Shown one piece after another: positions 50,201 to 64,000 of a DNA stretch of 64,000 bases. The translations under genes were made by a program, and so were the position numbers. The notes under the pieces were generated by a model. It was given only the letters and a program-made list of their open reading frames with translations. It searched no databases and was not told the DNA's origin. Location: the NCBI RefSeq assembly GCF_902652985.1, contig NC_047018.1:30132001-30196000 (forward strand), read 5' to 3'. This stretch comes from Pecten maximus (lineage: Eukaryota). Position 1 is the stretch's first letter. The number at the start of each line of letters is the position of its first letter.

Positions 50201-50963
50201 ATTAGCCGTAATTGGTAAGCAACCTTGTTGTCTATAACTGTTCCTGTATGTTTATATATGTTTATGCTGAACCAGATGTTTGTCAAACGTGTTTAGTTTT
50301 GTTAAATAGTCACGGTGTCCCTCTCTATTGAGTGCTGGGTAGACTTTGAACATCAGTGTACTGACTTACATGTATCCATGCAGTTATAATATTCATTATG
50401 TAACTCTATAGTAGACCTAATATAGCATTTGGTTGTCATACATAGAGATTGTATAGCATGTATGACCTATTGTTAACACTTACATTGGTGTCTGAGTAAA
50501 ATGAAAATATCGACATCTTGTATCGTTTTAACGTACCATTTAGAAATATTTCAATTTCTACTCAAGTTGGACTCAATGACACTACCAAACTTAATCTGTT
50601 TCATTTGCTCATGAATTTGACCAGATTAACACTGATCAGTGCGTATGAATACATGGTTAAAATCCTTCCGCGGAACTATTTCACTTTTTCTACATTGTCA
50701 TTATAAACATGGAATAATTATTAACATTATCAAATTTATAATGCATTCTTGTATTTTATGAAAGACCAGATATGCTAGATACTTCTATTTTGACAAAATA
50801 ATGCTGTTTTTAATACAAAAATTGCGTACTATTTTACTTAACCGACAAGACATGCACAATTCGGAACTCCTCGGGCTTTTCCGCATTTGGACTTGCACAA
50901 GCTTCGAGACATTAACATCTAGACCGACTTTTTTATTCGAAAAAAAAAAACAATTGAAATATA

Positions 50964-51170
50964 AGGATTTAATCATCTTGATTTGGTCGATTTCATGGGG
51001 TCATGAATTGAGTTGCTCTTGAGACAAATTTGATGAACTGCTTTTATTTGGTCGATTTCATGGGGGTCATGGATTGAGTTGCTCTTGAGACAAATTCAAC
51101 ATCAAATTTGTCTCAAGAGCAACTCAATTCATGACCCCATGAAATCGACCAGATCAAGATTCAATCCCTA
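50964..51170. repeat. Fold-back element with one arm duplicated
   Basis: TGGTCGATTTCATGGGGTCATGAATTGAGTTGCTCTTGAGACAAATT twice in direct orientation, then its reverse complement (~51105-51152). Confidence 0.85.
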
Positions 51171-52894
51171 AATCGTTGCTTAATTAACATCTGACCGTCA
51201 ACGAAGGAAATCATTGTGACCATGCAAATACAAATCACGGTTATCTCCCCTTGAATGCTAGGCAGCATCTAGGATATTCGGAAAGTACTAACCGTCATAT
51301 TTTTCTTCAGTTTGCTCAGCTCAGTCTCAACCAATTATCACAGGAAATTAAAATTGGGTTTTAAACATTAGATTTACGTCTGTTACAAACGTCTCTCTGA
51401 CGTCATTGTCACTGTACAATAATACACTACGATTTATATTGGAACGTGTGGCTAATCAGACAGATTGGCTGTTCAATTTGAAAGAATTGTAGAAACATTT
51501 TGTAGGTAGATTGAAAAAAAATATATGAGATTATACCTAAAAGCAGGTAATCTCGAGTAATTTCAGATATGTCAAAGAAACGCAGTGCATCTCATAGACG
51601 TGCCTCTTATATTATAGATAGTCAAATGTCCGATTCCCAATATAACAACTTCTGTGATAGATGTTGACTACCGAAAAAAAACATTATATGGTTTCGAGAG
51701 GTGCAGATTTGTGTAGACTACGGACATCTTTGACAGGCAATATCATGATTATATTGGGTACTCATACTGATTCATACTGACTTTAACACAGTACTGGTGT
51801 TTGGTACCTCGAACAGAAATTGAGAATTGACTGGTATTAGATATAACCTATCACTGAATAATGTTAAATTTTACAATGCAAATTATATTGTACAATAAAA
51901 GCACGATGATGAAATCCTCGGTACCCGTCAGTTTTTCTTAACAATATATGCATCATGAACCTCCTTTTCCGTGTTATAGTCCGTTCCACAAAAAGTGGCT
52001 GTACTAAAAGTTCTGTACTTTCATATATACATTGTATATAAATTTGACATGCTATCAGTTGTATAGTGATCGATCGTATTCTTTGTGAATAAATGTCTAA
52101 GAAAACCTCATGTCCCTCGTGGTTATTTTCTGAAGCAGTGTTAATGATGGAAACTTCCCATGGTTCCACAGTACCATATCAGTTATTGATGTGGCGGGAA
52201 CTCCTACGATATATCTAATTAATTAGTATATTGTTGTCATAAGTATGAATACACTTCTGATTTAATATCTAACTTGTAAACAGAACTTTGACAGGATTGA
52301 TATTATAAAGATTCACTTATTAGTTTGGTTGTTTGTATCTTTGTAGAAATATGTTTGTATAAGTTTTATAATACTGATGCTAACTTACGTTATAACAGAC
52401 AAATATTGATGATATATGGGGACACACTACCGAGATGGAGAAAAAAAATCCGGAAAACGTATTAACTATGCTTTTAGGTGTTACGTGGACATCTTTCTGA
52501 TTTCCAATATCCCAGTAAATTAGTGAATGCATCACGTGACAGTTTCCAGTAAACTTAATATGATGATGATTAATAAGACTGCATTTGAATCAGGAATATA
52601 TTTTTTATTAATGTGTCATTTGAAAAGATACATCCACGTATTCAGCTTGCATTCAATCTTAACTTTGTTTCGTTTTTAACTGCATATCTGCATTTTGCAT
52701 TGACCGCTACATTGACCAATCACATACTTCATCTTGACCAGTAACGCCGCCTGTCGCGTCATATCCGGGCCAAAAAAAATTATTATACGGCTATGCCGAA
52801 AAATAATTAACATTTTATATGAAATTGCCTGTGTAGTATACATGTAACCCTGGTAAATACATGTACTTGCCGCAATATACCGCTCTGCTAAAGA

Positions 52895-52968
52895 GATCTA
52901 CTTAGCTCGATCTGTTGAGCGTAAGACTAGTAAGCCAGAGGTCCCGGGTTCGATCCCTAGCGGAGGCA
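52895..52968 (+). pseudogene. Degenerate tRNA-Thr(AGT)-like sequence or tRNA-derived repeat head
   Basis: A box TAGCTCGATCTG, loop CTAGTAA, B box GGTTCGATCCC; acceptor and anticodon stems mispaired. Confidence 0.6.
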
Positions 52969-54187
52969 GTGATTTGAATTTAATTAACCATGCGCTTTGT
53001 TACATACGTGTAATATCATCAGTTTTAATCTATCGAGAACAAAATCAGTTGTCATCTTCTTGAATATCGTAAACCGTATTGAGAGTTATCTCCCTTGCAA
53101 TTGTGTAGTAAATATATGTAATTTTAAGAAGCAAAACAACAAGAAGTAATCAAGTTTATATTAAAATTTAATATTTAATAAAATAGACTAGATTGTATAT
53201 AACATTGTATACCAATATCACATTGTATATAAATAAGCAAAATGAAGTTGATTATGTTGAATATTTTGGCAGGGTCAGTCTAACCATTATCTCGTAAACT
53301 TTTATGATAATCCGATTCAACGAGAAAAGTCACAGTTCTGATTTGTCCATTTATCAGATTCGTATTTTGAAGAGTCCACTTGAATTCATGACACAGTTAT
53401 AAATCCGGTGACAAAAGTTAATTCAGCCAATCAGCGCACGACAGTATCTCCAGACCGGTATGGATTGATTATTCCAAACCCTTTCCGTATTATGTCTGGT
53501 TCTGTTCGGCATCCTGTCGTCACGTGATCACTTTCTGCTTTCTAGTTTCCTGTAAAATACAAAAGGTGAGCTAATTAGTGACAGATCTGATATGTACATG
53601 TATAAACAATTCTAAACTGGAAAGCGTTTGTAACCACATGTGTACCGTATTAATTAAACCGTTACACGAAGGCAATTGTATGGACAGTTTGTTACATTAT
53701 TCCGCCAATCATATCAAACATACTCCAAGACATGGTAATCCGATTATCAGTCACTGACGCGACACATTTTTAGTTTGTTTACTATTTTAATCCCAATTGT
53801 TCATTTTTGAAGAATCTACTTACCATTAAGTATCGGAGTAATTCACTCAACAGCGTCGACGCTGTCGTCTGCTCGTCACTCTCGTCTGACACGTCTCCGT
53901 TCACTAATCACCATGAGTTGTTATATCCGGATTTATCTGCTGCTACTAGAGGGTATTAAGCCACTCTCTCCAAAACATTCCCAAACTGATCAAAATGTTC
54001 TGTTGAATCTCGTATTTGGTTTTGGCAGTCCTATTTGGTTCTGGTACTGCCTTCCCTAGTACAGCACTATTACAAGGATGATGCTGGTTTGAGAAATATC
54101 CAATGTGTTATCCTTACAAGAAGACATTACATGATATATCAGTTTTCCATATGACATGAAATGATATGATGTTCTCTGTCTATGCGC

Positions 54188-55019
54188 TCACACTGTAGTT
54201 TCCTCATCTGAACCAGACTCCTCCGTAGAGTAGATTTCATCGTATCCAGAGTCACTCGCGAAAACCTGGCCATACTGGGAACTGAGATCGCATGACTTCC
54301 AGTTGGCGTGTAAAAGACTAGAATTAACTGGGTGCTGTGGCTTAGGCGCGGAAAAGTCTGTGGTGGTGTTCGAATCACATTTGGAAATGACGATACCCGG
54401 TAAAGACATGGAGGATGACAAGTTTGTGGTAGAAATGTCATTGATTTCACACGAGCTGGCACCCAAGTCCTTGGCACCCCCGTGACGTCGTTTGAATTTG
54501 ATTTCCTCTATTGTCTCGTTTAGAGTCAGTAACTGTTTCATCAGGGACAGATCCTGGTCCATAAGTCCAGCCTGGAAATCAAAATAGAAATAATGTCAAC
54601 ACCAAGAGAATACAAAATAAATATTACCTCAACCAATAGCGTTATTAACATTTACATGACATAAAACTTTTCCACTGTCATTACTTAAGGGTAATATTGT
54701 GTTGTAAAATAAAAAGTTGCAAATTGAAACTCAAAATTATTTTTGAAGAAAAAAATATTTTTGCTGTATTTTATCCATTACAAAAACTTACCATCTCTTG
54801 TCTTAATTTATCCATTGCTGAGTCCATGAAACACTTTGGTTTTTCACTTCTTCCTTCTGTCTTTTTATTTTCCTCCTGTTTTCCCATTTCTTCCTTAAAG
54901 TTTTCTGTCACTCGTTGTCTGTCCATGTAAAATTCACGACATGCATTTGAAAAGTCTATAGAAGCATAATAATGGTCCTGTTCCTCCATCGCTTGTCCAG
55001 ACGTCTTGACCATTGTCAT
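54188..55019 (-). CDS. LURAP1/FAM89-like leucine-repeat adaptor protein, 2 exons (55019-54792, 54571-54188), 203 aa
   Basis: ATG|GTAAGT donor and TTCCAG|GCT acceptor (phase 0) join to give AMDKLRQEMAGLMDQDLSLMKQLLTLNETIEEIK, resembling the LURAP/FAM89 (and FAM167) helical motif; Ser-rich tail. Confidence 0.8.
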
Positions 55020-55197
55020 AGATGACCACTTGACCAGAACTAGTTATATATATTGAAGTAGAATATCCTCGGTGCTGTCTCGGATACTACAGTAGGAAGT
55101 ATACCCGTTAATACAGGATTTTAACAGTTAAGCTTTATCCAACCTTACTATTGCGTATACAGGTGCAATTCTAAATCTCTACTACAACCCACCTGCC

Positions 55198-55204
55198 TTA
55201 TATA
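55198..55204 (-). promoter_or_regulatory. Candidate TATA box of the LURAP1-like gene
   Basis: Minus-strand TATATAA ~180 bp upstream of the ATG. Confidence 0.5.
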
Positions 55205-56257
55205 CCACACCTGGATAAAGCCTACCTGTAGTACGTACCAGACGTCCCTGTTCGTAATTGGTCGTTATTATTACGGGGTAAGCTTACGGTTCCAGGTAAG
55301 TTAACGTAAAGATACCGTGTACATACACAATGATTGACGTTCGAAATAATCACAGTTTAACTTGCCCACGCTCCGCCCTCTCACCTGGATCACTAAAGCG
55401 TAAAATGTGTGTGATCATGTTTACAAGTTATACAGAAGTCCCTGTCTGATATAAATCGGCAAGGTTCTGATCATAGTGGTACATAGATCTAGACAGTCTC
55501 CATTACATCTCCCTATACAATACATGGGTGTTCAGAACCATTCGTGTTAAGAATTAACAATAAAACACATACAAAATTACAGAAATCTTAACCTACAGGT
55601 CTATTTACGGAAAATCTTAACTTTATTTTCAATTATTTATTTTGAAGATTTTGATTTTTGTTTATGATACGCTAGTGATAGTTTTGATTCCCAGGACGTA
55701 GATAATTTAGCTTTTTTTCTTCTAAATAACGAAAATGTTACCGATTAATTAATTCCTATTATACGTTGTATGTAAGCTGCCTAGGCTTGGTATTATACAG
55801 TGTACATCTTGTAGAACTCGATACTCATTAAATACATCCAACATTATACCCTGTATTAGTGACGGGTACAAACTCTACTGGCATACGGCCACAAGTCTGA
55901 TTGTCTATCACCAGACAAGGTACACATTTACAAGGTGTTTGGTTCGTTAAGACACAAGTTATTAATCTTAATTAAACTTTGAGATGTTCAATTTCAATTT
56001 GTCTTATTCTCTTAATATCCACATTTAGTATAGTAAAAACATATTTACGTAGTCATATATAATGCTGTTGTTCAATAGATATGTATAACAATATAAACAC
56101 GAGTCTGTAATTAATGGTTATATGGAGTGTAACATCGTCATAACAATATATTACTGATGAAACCATTATAACAAAAGTACATTACACATCAATAGTGCGT
56201 AGACAGACACCCAAAACTCCACAAGAATATTGTCTTCTCAGCAAGAAATTCTCTTTT

Positions 56258-56365
56258 CAGGAGCAATAGTTTCTTTCGTTAGGAGCAATAGTTTCTTTTT
56301 TCAAGAGCAATAGTTTCTTTTCTCATGAGCAATGGTTTCTTTTGTCAGGAGCAATAGTTTCTTTG
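56258..56365. repeat. ~22-bp tandem repeat x5
   Basis: CAGGAGCAATAGTTTCTTT-like units. Confidence 0.85.
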
Positions 56366-57047
56366 TCGAGGAAAATGCTGTCTTTGGTGCAGGTAATTTC
56401 TCTACCAGAGCTGGCGTTGTCCTTTCCTTTAGGTTAAAACCAAGTATAGTCAGTATAGCAGTTACAATTGATATAAGTTTGTTTTCACAATTATTGAGTA
56501 ACACACATACAAACCTAATTGTACCTATATCTAACAATGAGTATGTTTTAAACGAACCGTTTCCTTGGATCTATTTCAATTGAAATACTATACCCACGGA
56601 GAACACATGTTAGACGGAGTATAATATAGTATATCTGAAGCAATTTCGTCTTTGAAATAGTCCGTTATGTTCGCGTGTATATAGGAATATTAAGTGTTTT
56701 AATTTCAGCTTTCGTTATAGCGTGATCAAGATTACAGATGAGAACAACACTTTAGACGTCAATCAAAGCCCATTAAAGTACAATATTGACCAACGTGAGA
56801 GGGCAAATGACTTCATACTGAACAAACGATTTCTATTTATAGACTTCTAATGTTCTTGTACATGTACTTTGCCTGTACTTTCAGATTTAATCACTCAAAT
56901 ATCGTATTCACCCCTGTCCCTGTATATTGTATACCACATCTGAAGGTTATGACTTCAACTTTCTGCCCAAGGTGAAGGTTGATTATATATATATATGTAC
57001 TACACTTTGTGTAATCGTTTAACAGTACAACAATACATTCATTTCAT

Positions 57048-60000
57048 ATCTACGACACCCCTTCGTGTAATACACTTAGCTATGACACCCCTTCGTGTAG
57101 TACACTTAGCTACGACACCCCTTCGTGTAGAACACTTAGCTACGACACCCCTTCGTGTAGTACACTTAACTACGACTCCCCTTCGTGCAGTACACTTAGC
57201 TACGATACCCCTTCGTGTAGAACACTTAGCTACGACACCCCTTCGTGTAGTACACTTAGCTATATGACTCCCCTTCGTGTAGTACACTTAGCTACGACTC
57301 CCCTTCGTGTAGTACACTTAGCTACGACACCCCTTCGTGTAGAACACTTAGCTACGACACCCCTTCGTGTGGTACACTTAGCTACGACACCCCTTCGTTG
57401 AATACACTTAGCTACGACACCCCTTCGTGTAATACACTTAGCTACGTCTCCCCTCCGTGTAGTAAACTTAGCTACGACACCCCTTCGTGTAGTACACTTA
57501 GCTATATGACTCCCCTTCGTGTAGTACACTTAGCTATATGACTCCCCTTCGTGTAGTACACTTAGCTATATGACTCCCCTTCGTGTAGTACACTTAGCTA
57601 TATGACTCCCCTTCGTGTAGCACACTTAGCTACGACACCCCTTCGTGTAGCACAATTAGCTACGACACCCCTTCGTGTAATACACTTAGCTACGACTCCC
57701 CTTCGTGTAGTACACCTAGCTACGACACCCCTTCGTGTAGTACACTTAGCTATATGACTCCCCTTCGTGTAGTACACTTAGCTATATGACTCCCCTTCGT
57801 GTAGCACACTTAGCTACGACACCCCTTCGTGTAGTACACTTAGCTATATGACTCCCCTTCGTGTAGCACAATTAGCTACGACACCCCTTCGTGTAATACA
57901 CTTAGCTACGACTCCCCTTCGTGTAGCACACCTAGCTACGACACCCCTTCGTGTAGTACACTTAGCTACGACTCCCCTTCGTGTAGTACACCTAGCTACG
58001 ACTCCCCTTCGTGTAGCACACCTAGCTACGACACCTCTACGTGTAGTACACCTAGCTACGACTCCCCTTCGTGTAGTACACTTAGCTACGACACCCCTTC
58101 GTGTAGCACACTTAGCTATGACACCCCTTCGTGTAGTACACTTAGCTACGATACCCCTTCGTGTAGTACACTTAGCTACGACACCCCTTCGTGTAGTACA
58201 CTTAGCTACGACACCCCTTCGTGTAGTACACTTAGCTACGACACCCCTTCGTGTAGTACACTTAGCTACGACACCCCTTCGTGTAGTACACTTAGCTACG
58301 ACATCCCTTTCGTGTAGTACACTTAGCTACGACACCCCATCGTGTAGTACACTTAGCTACGACACCCCTTCGTGTAGTACACTTAGCTACGACACCCCTT
58401 CGTGTAGTACACTTAGCTACGACACCCCTTCGTGTAGAACACTTAGCTACGACACCCCTTCGTGTAGAACACTTAGCTACGACACCCCTTCGTGTAGTAC
58501 ACTTAGCTACGACACCCCTTCGTGTAGTACACTTAGCTACGACACCCCTTTGTGTGGTACACTTAGCTACGACACCCCTTCGTGTAGTACACTTAGCTAC
58601 GACACCCCTTCGTGTAGAACACTTAGCTACGACACCCCTTCGTGTAGTACACTTAGCTACGACACCCCTTCGTGTAGTACACTTAGCTACAACACCCCTT
58701 TGTGTGGTACACTTAGCTACGACACCCCTTCGTGTAGAACACTTAGCTACGACTCCCCTTCGTGTAGCACACCTAGCTACGACACCCCTTCGTGTAGTAC
58801 ACTTAGCTACGACTCCCCTTCGTGTAGTACACCTAGCTACGACTCCCCTTCGTGTAGCACACCTAGCTACGACACCTCTACGTGTAGTACACCTAGCTAC
58901 GACTCCCCTTCGTGTAGTACACTTAGCTACGACACCCCTTCGTGTAGCACACTTAGCTATGACACCCCTTCGTGTAGTACACTTAGCTACGACACCCCTT
59001 CGTGTAGTACACTTAGCTACGACACCCCTTCGTGTAGTACACTTAGCTACGACACCCCTTCGTGTAGTACACTAAGCTACGACACCCCTTCGTGTAGTAC
59101 ACTTAGCTACGACACCCCTTCGTGTAGTACACTTAGCTACGACATCCCTTTCGTGTAGTACACTTAGCTACGACACCCCATCGTGTAGTACACTTAGCTA
59201 CGACACCCCTTCGTGTAGTACACTTAGCTACGACACCCCTTCGTGTAGTACACTTAGCTACGACACCCCTTCGTGTAGTACACTTAGCTACGACACCCCT
59301 TCGTGTAGAACACTTAGCTACGACACCCCTTCGTGTAGTACACTTAGCTACGACACCCCTTCGTGTAGTACACTTAGCTACGACACCCCTTCGTGTAGTA
59401 CACTTAGCTACGACACCCCTTTGTGTGGTACACTTAGCTACGACACCCCTTCGTGTAGTACACTTAGCTACGACACCCCTTCGTGTAGAACACTTAGCTA
59501 CGACACCCCTTCGTGTAGTACACTTAGCTACGACACCCCTTCGTGTAGTACACTTAGCTACAACACCCCTTTGTGTGGTACACTTAGCTACGACACCCCT
59601 TCGTGTAGAACACTTAGCTACGACACCCCTTCGTTGAATACACTTAGCTACGACACCCCTTCGTGTAATACACTTAGCTACGTCTCCCCTCCGTGTAGTA
59701 CACTTAGCTACGACACCCCTTCGTGTAGAACACTTAGCTACGACTCCCCTTCGTGTAATACACTTAGCTACGACACCCCATCGTGTAGTACACTTAGCTA
59801 CGACACCCCTTCGTGCAGTACACTTAGCTATATGACTCCCCTTCGTGTAGTACACTTAGCTACGACTCCCCTTCGTGTAGAACACTTAGCTACGACACCC
59901 CTTCGTGTAGTACACTTAGCTACGACACCCCTTCGTGTAGAACACTTAGCTACGACACCCCTTCGTGTAGAACACTTAGCTACGACTTCCCTTCGTGTAG

Positions 60001-60782
60001 AACACTTAGCTACGACACCCCTTCGTGTGGTACACTTAGCTACGACTTCCCTTCGTGTAGTACACTTGGCTACGACTCCCCTTCGTGTAGAACACTTAGC
60101 TACGACACCCCTTCGTGTAGAACACTTAGCTACGACTTCCCTTCGTGTAGAACACTTAGCTACGACACCCCTTCGTGTGGTACACTTAGCTACGACTTCC
60201 CTTCGTGTAGTACACTTGGCTACGACTCCCCTTCGTGTAGAACACTTAGCTACGACACCCCTTCGTGTAGAACACTTAGCTACGATACCCCTTCGTGTAG
60301 TACACTTAGCTACGACACCCCTTCGTGTAGTACACTTAGCTACGACTCCCCTTCGTGTAGTACACTTAGCTACGACTCCCCTTCATGTAGTACACTTAGC
60401 TACGACACCCCTTCGTGTAGTACACTTAGCTACGACTTTACTTCGTGTAGTACACTTAGCTACGACACCCCTTCGTGTAGTACACTTAGCTACGACTCCC
60501 CTTCGTGCAGTACACTTAGCTACGACTTCCATTCGTGTAGTACACTTAGCTACGACACCCCTTCGTGTAGTACACTTAGCTACGACTCCCCTTCGTGTAG
60601 TACACTTAGCTACGACTTCCATTCGTGTAGTACACTTAGCTACGACTCCCCTTCGTGTAGTACACTTAACTACGACTCCCCTTCGTGCAGTACACTTAGC
60701 TACGATACCCCTTCGTGTAGTACACTTAGCTACGACACCCCTTCGTGTAGTACACTTAGCTACGACACCCCTTCGTGTAGAT
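57048..60782. repeat. 30-bp satellite array, ~124 copies
   Basis: TACGACACCCCTTCGTGTAGTACACTTAGC units; the long ORFs here are artefacts. Confidence 0.98.
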
Positions 60783-63700
60783 ACTTACAGAAACAATACA
60801 ACAGCGGATCTAACGAAACACAATTACATGTATCACAATTGCTAAAAGTATGATCGATTGTTATTCGCTTTAAGCTATAAAACGGGAGGTACAAAGGTGG
60901 CCGAGTGTTTCAAATGATGATTAATGGAGATAGCCTCAGACCTCGAGATTTGTAGGAACATATTAGGGTTATTTACCAAACAGATAGGGTATGTAAATCA
61001 GGGTCATCATACAATAGATAATTGATCGATTATTGTTTATACCTACAAAGTGGTAAAGAGATGAGACAAATGTAATTAGTGATTATTAACTGAAATTACT
61101 TGTTGATCACCAAAAGCGTCAGAAGATTTATAAACACAGGACGATCGATCACTTAATTAACCAATTTATGATTATTGAATACATATAAAATGAAAAATAG
61201 CATCAAAACAAATCTGTTGATATCGCGAGCTTTTTCACAACTGTATAAATATACATATATACATATTAATCGATAACCGTTACATAAACAGAAACAGCTA
61301 CATATCAACAAGGTATCAATTACCATATAAAAACAATACTTAATTAGTAATTAATTATGGTATATACATTAAATTACAAACAGGTGCCAGCTGTACAATT
61401 AGCATGTACAATCAATATAACAATCAATAATACATGTACATAATTTATTTTTATTGTCGCGCGATCCGTCAATGAGAAAAATAATCTCTTTATTTATCTG
61501 AATTAGGGTCCATTGTGTGGTCCTTTGATCTGTACTGTTTTCTATTGTACTTACCTCTTTGTCATTTTTATTTATTTCATTTGTTATGCAGTATGCTGAT
61601 AGTTCTCTATTGCATTGGCTTGTCAGGTCCGTTCATTTTAATACGTATATTTGAATTCCTCTCCAATTATACCATCAAAAGATGCAATGATTTCACATTT
61701 CTATTATTAAAGTTCATATTAAAATTGATCAAAATATAGTTCATAACTAATTCGATAGGTATTTACCCAAATTCGGCGATAACCAATGATATTCTGTCAG
61801 CTGATAGCAGGTGGGTGGACAGACAGCCAACTCATAATTACCGAGGACACTTCTAACTTCGGAGATATCAACCTCGGGGGGATGAAAATTGTATAATTAT
61901 CAAAGTGTTGGTCGCAAACTTTGACGAGATTTGAGAACGATACTTTCATTTCACCCAGTCACACTTTGTGTGCAACAAGAGATCGCATTTTTATACAATG
62001 CAGTGATTCAAATATTTCTAAACATTATCTTTGTACAATGGTAAATGCAGTAATTCATATATATTTCTAAACATTATCTTTGTACATTTATGGTAAATAC
62101 TTTGAAATTGCACAAAATTCACTCCGATTAGCATTGACAAAAAAAAAAAAAAAAAAAAAAACATGTCGTGCACACAGGGTAAAAATTATAATGCGCATTA
62201 TGTCGTAATATACATAATGATACCTAATATTCATTATCAAAGACACCACCATTGTACACATGTCTATAAAACGGCGTCCTATTCTACATTCTACGTGATC
62301 TTGACAAATCACCTCCATGTTCGAACCGGATTTCTACATCAGTGTAGGGTATAACTTATACTTCAAAGGCAAACGTATGTATTATGTATGTCAAAATACA
62401 AAATTATCATCTATTTGAATTGATATTTTTATTCGAACATGTGATATCATTAACCACAGCTTTACAAATACCAATGAATGCTCTCATCCTGAGGTGTTAA
62501 TAAATAAAACTATTCATTGAGAGGAAACGGAAGTTTTTTTAGTTACCTGTACCTTCACTGGCGATACTTACACCAATACGATTATATAAATAAAATATTA
62601 CATATTCAGTTTCTTTTGTTTAATATGCAGCATTAGCTTTATGTTAAATGATATCAGACACCAAATCAGGTTAAATACAGCACACCATTGGATTGTTGAT
62701 CAGGGAAATACCAAAGGCCAAACCAGTTTGTGTCTGCTGAATTTGAATAACAAATGCAAGTATTGTTTTAATGTGCATCAGATGACCTTGAGATCCGACC
62801 TTTAGACTGCCGTGACATAGGTAAGGTTGTTACCGCAGTGTATTTACCTGTCAGGTATGCCGTTAACGATCCTTTGATGTGACTTTCCTGAGAGACAACA
62901 CCTTCTAGGACAGGTAAACGGCCAAAGGTTGTGTTTACTATCTGTCAAAACCACCAGAGCTGCTGGACATTCTAAATAATTAGCGACACATAAATATGTC
63001 CGGACCTACTGGGCACACTGTGGTTGATGTCATCATCTCCCGCCTTTTTGTGCTTACTTTCGTCCACCCAAAGTCAAAAGGTCAGTGTACAAAAACAAAA
63101 GTCGAGGCAGCACACATCTACTAGTTTTCAATACCAGATGCCGGTGTCGGATTTCTCTTAAGAATGCATATATTTTCGAGAAACTTGAGGGAGAAGACCC
63201 ACACCGAGGGATTGAACCGATATATACATGTAGACACAACAAGAAAAACGTACCTTGTAGATATCTACATGTATAGACGTAAGATATATCAGTATTCGTT
63301 TGTAGAATTATTGAAATCAAATGCACATGCTCCCAAATTTGAAAATGCTTGATCTTCAGGAATATTTCACAAATGTTATTCATAAAAAGGTACATTGATA
63401 TGCATTTCAGAACCAATTTTGTTTCATGAACAAAATATTGAGTCAAAGATTTGATATGTGAATTTGAATAATGGCGCAAACAGATTTGGGCAACTGATGT
63501 TTTCCTAAATGTTTGTTAATTATTTGTATCTACACCGGCTGAACTTGCTTCCCGACATGTTGCTTTTGCAATTGTACCCAGAAATGAACGTATAAATCCT
63601 TGACTCGGGCCCTTGTCCTTGTTACTGGAGGGCGTTGTAGTGTGTGATGTGTTCGTATATTGTAACTGTAAACAGTACAATGACAGTGTTTATAATGTAT

Positions 63701-64000
63701 GAATGCACCGATGACACGTGTATTTATCATCACCCCGGCAATGTGCGGCATACACCCCATTTGCACGCTCAGATAATTAGTCTTGTCAGCTTAAAAATAA
63801 TCATTATTTATACATTTTCTTTGTCATTCATGCAAGTTCAAAATAATTTCATTTTCCATTTTCATTTCAATTATATAAACATATAATAATACGGTGTAAT
63901 TTGTCAGGAGATGGAATCAGGTACAAGAAAAACATGCTACCTTGTAGAATGCCTAAATATGTTCTAAACTCAGTACCAGACCTATACATTCTGTAGTCGG

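Noticed and set aside
52895-52968. Functional tRNA-Thr gene
   Set aside because: Acceptor and anticodon stems do not pair
56995-60845. Long repetitive ORFs (TTPLRVVHLA / CSTLSYDTPS)
   Set aside because: Translations of the 30-bp satellite that switch frame at indels
63054-63766. Short ORFs near the window end, including a weak FN3-like GQGPES peptide
   Set aside because: In-frame stops, no consistent splice sites, similarity too weak to support

Overview
AT-rich eukaryotic DNA, most likely from a bivalve mollusc (inferred from the V-SINE, HINE and TRIM-type repeats), with two assembly gaps. It is dominated by mobile elements. (1) A ~9-kb Kolobok DNA transposon (19604-28637, TTAA target duplication) carries a multi-exon, internally deleted transposase and a convergent KolX (P2X7-ballast-like) pseudogene. 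(2) An apparently intact Ngaro-type tyrosine-recombinase retrotransposon (31048-39403, minus strand) has split direct repeats, gag, RT-RNaseH and YR, an SGNH hydrolase placed upstream of gag, candidate alternative splice sites, and two internal arrays of conserved hairpin repeats. (3) A full-length L1/Tx1 LINE (39596-46333, 12-bp target duplication) has an ORF2 that lacks an in-frame ATG before the first endonuclease motif and appears to need splicing. Also present are non-autonomous Crypton-like elements, Penelope and CR1 remnants, SINEs, a triplicated ~2-kb block, many minisatellites and one clear two-exon host gene (LURAP1/FAM89-like, 54188-55019). All family assignments come from motif recognition by eye; no searches were run.
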